From positions 1-32,917 of the forward strand of contig JAKLJF010000001.1 in assembly GCA_023151335.1 (NCBI GenBank): 32,917 nt of DNA, in the 5' to 3' direction. A program made the translations under genes and the position numbers. Positions 32,652 to 32,917 of the stretch are shown here, in pieces. Within the stretch, counting starts at the first letter, position 1. Each line of letters starts with the position of its first letter. Below the pieces are notes generated by a model. The model was not told the DNA's origin. It saw only the letters and a list, made by a program, of their open reading frames with translations, and ran no database searches. This DNA is from Thermoanaerobaculia bacterium. Its GTDB lineage: Bacteria > Bacteroidota > Bacteroidia > Chitinophagales > Saprospiraceae.

Positions 32652-32917
32652 CAAAAAGCGCGTACCGGCCTTACGCGGTTGTTGGCGCCTTTGTTCATCA
32701 TCGAAGCGGTACCATTGGTGAAATCGATCTGCCACGCCATCTCATTTTCATCTGAGGGTTGGGTGGAACTCCAGTAATTGGCATTTGCAAACGTGGTGAT
32801 GCCCTGTAATTTGAGCACGGTATAAATGAGGTTCAACTCGTCTTTTGAAGGCAGGAACCAGTCGCTGTAACCATCGGCCGACACATATTCAGAGCACACG
32901 TAAGCGGCCCGGTAATC
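32651..32917 (-). CDS. C-terminal part of a second DUF1566-domain protein (5' end outside the window)
   Basis: The frame stays open to the window edge (DYRAAYVCSEYVSADGYSDWFLPSKDELNLIY...NYWSST...AWQIDFTNG......K....VRPVRAF). It is a paralogue of 31342..32448. The track start at 32899 is an internal GTG. Confidence 0.75.
   Translation of the reverse strand, partial: DYRAAYVCSEYVSADGYSDWFLPSKDELNLIYTVLKLQGITTFANANYWSSTQPSDENEMAWQIDFTNGTASMMNKGANNRVRPVRAF

Noticed and set aside
32443-32777. Three overlapping plus-strand ORFs translating to PSTVYR / LPSTVHR-type peptide repeats
   Set aside because: They are created by reading through the heptanucleotide array. A 7-nt period shifts frame every unit, so the same peptide appears in all frames. 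There is no start context, and the ORFs overlap the ends of the two DUF1566 genes.
31342-32917. Diversity-generating retroelement idea: DUF1566/C-type-lectin-fold C-termini are known DGR targets, and two related C-terminal regions are present that could be a VR/TR pair
   Set aside because: Comparing 31440-31560 with 32760-32880 shows substitutions at all four bases, not adenine-specific differences. The second copy is part of a full paralogous gene rather than a non-coding template. No reverse transcriptase or accessory gene is present in the window. A DGR elsewhere in the genome cannot be excluded.

Overview
This is a high-G+C chromosomal segment that looks Bacteroidota-type. Four proteins end in T9SS/Por C-terminal sorting domains, several genes have TAnnTTTG -7 promoter boxes, and Shine-Dalgarno sites are mostly absent. 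No rRNA, tRNA or CRISPR array was found.

Left to right:
- The 3' tail of a T9SS cargo gene.
- A visibly AT-rich islet with two small tandem ORFs (a 4x CxxC zinc-ribbon protein and a coiled-coil protein), next to a Uma2-family endonuclease.
- A 1883-aa secreted GH13 alpha-amylase fused to lamin-tail, thrombospondin-3, ephrin-receptor-like Cys-rich, SprB, dockerin-like and cohesin-like modules, ending in a T9SS CTD.
- A CPBP intramembrane protease.
- An 869-aa secreted protein with three PKD-like repeats.
- A 1-Cys peroxiredoxin.
- A YVTN beta-propeller lipoprotein.
- A TPR/HisKA_3 histidine kinase with a NarL/LuxR-type regulator whose receiver domain carries an in-frame deletion of the phospho-acceptor region.
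- An IS630-family element (TA duplication, 18-bp perfect IRs, A7 -1 frameshift site) inserted into a tandem heptanucleotide array.
- tadA.
- A minus-strand surface-protein locus: two DUF1566 (C-type-lectin-fold) tail-fibre-like proteins, then a 2336-aa FN3/LamG T9SS protein, then a 2163-aa cadherin/Ig/HYR T9SS adhesin.

The features I could not explain with ordinary annotation are:
1. An inverted pair of ~100-bp repeats, each with a palindromic TA-flanked core, that exactly brackets the 6.5-kb adhesin gene.
2. Two unrelated intergenic heptanucleotide tandem arrays, each starting on the stop codon of the upstream gene.
3. An uncharacterised ~100-aa module present in five copies across the three giant T9SS proteins.
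4. A promoter-like duplicate, a 30-bp palindrome and a terminator downstream of the receiver-deleted regulator.

No recombinase, reverse transcriptase or recognisable defence gene is visible, so any system-level claim is inference. All product calls come from motif recognition by eye, not database searches.
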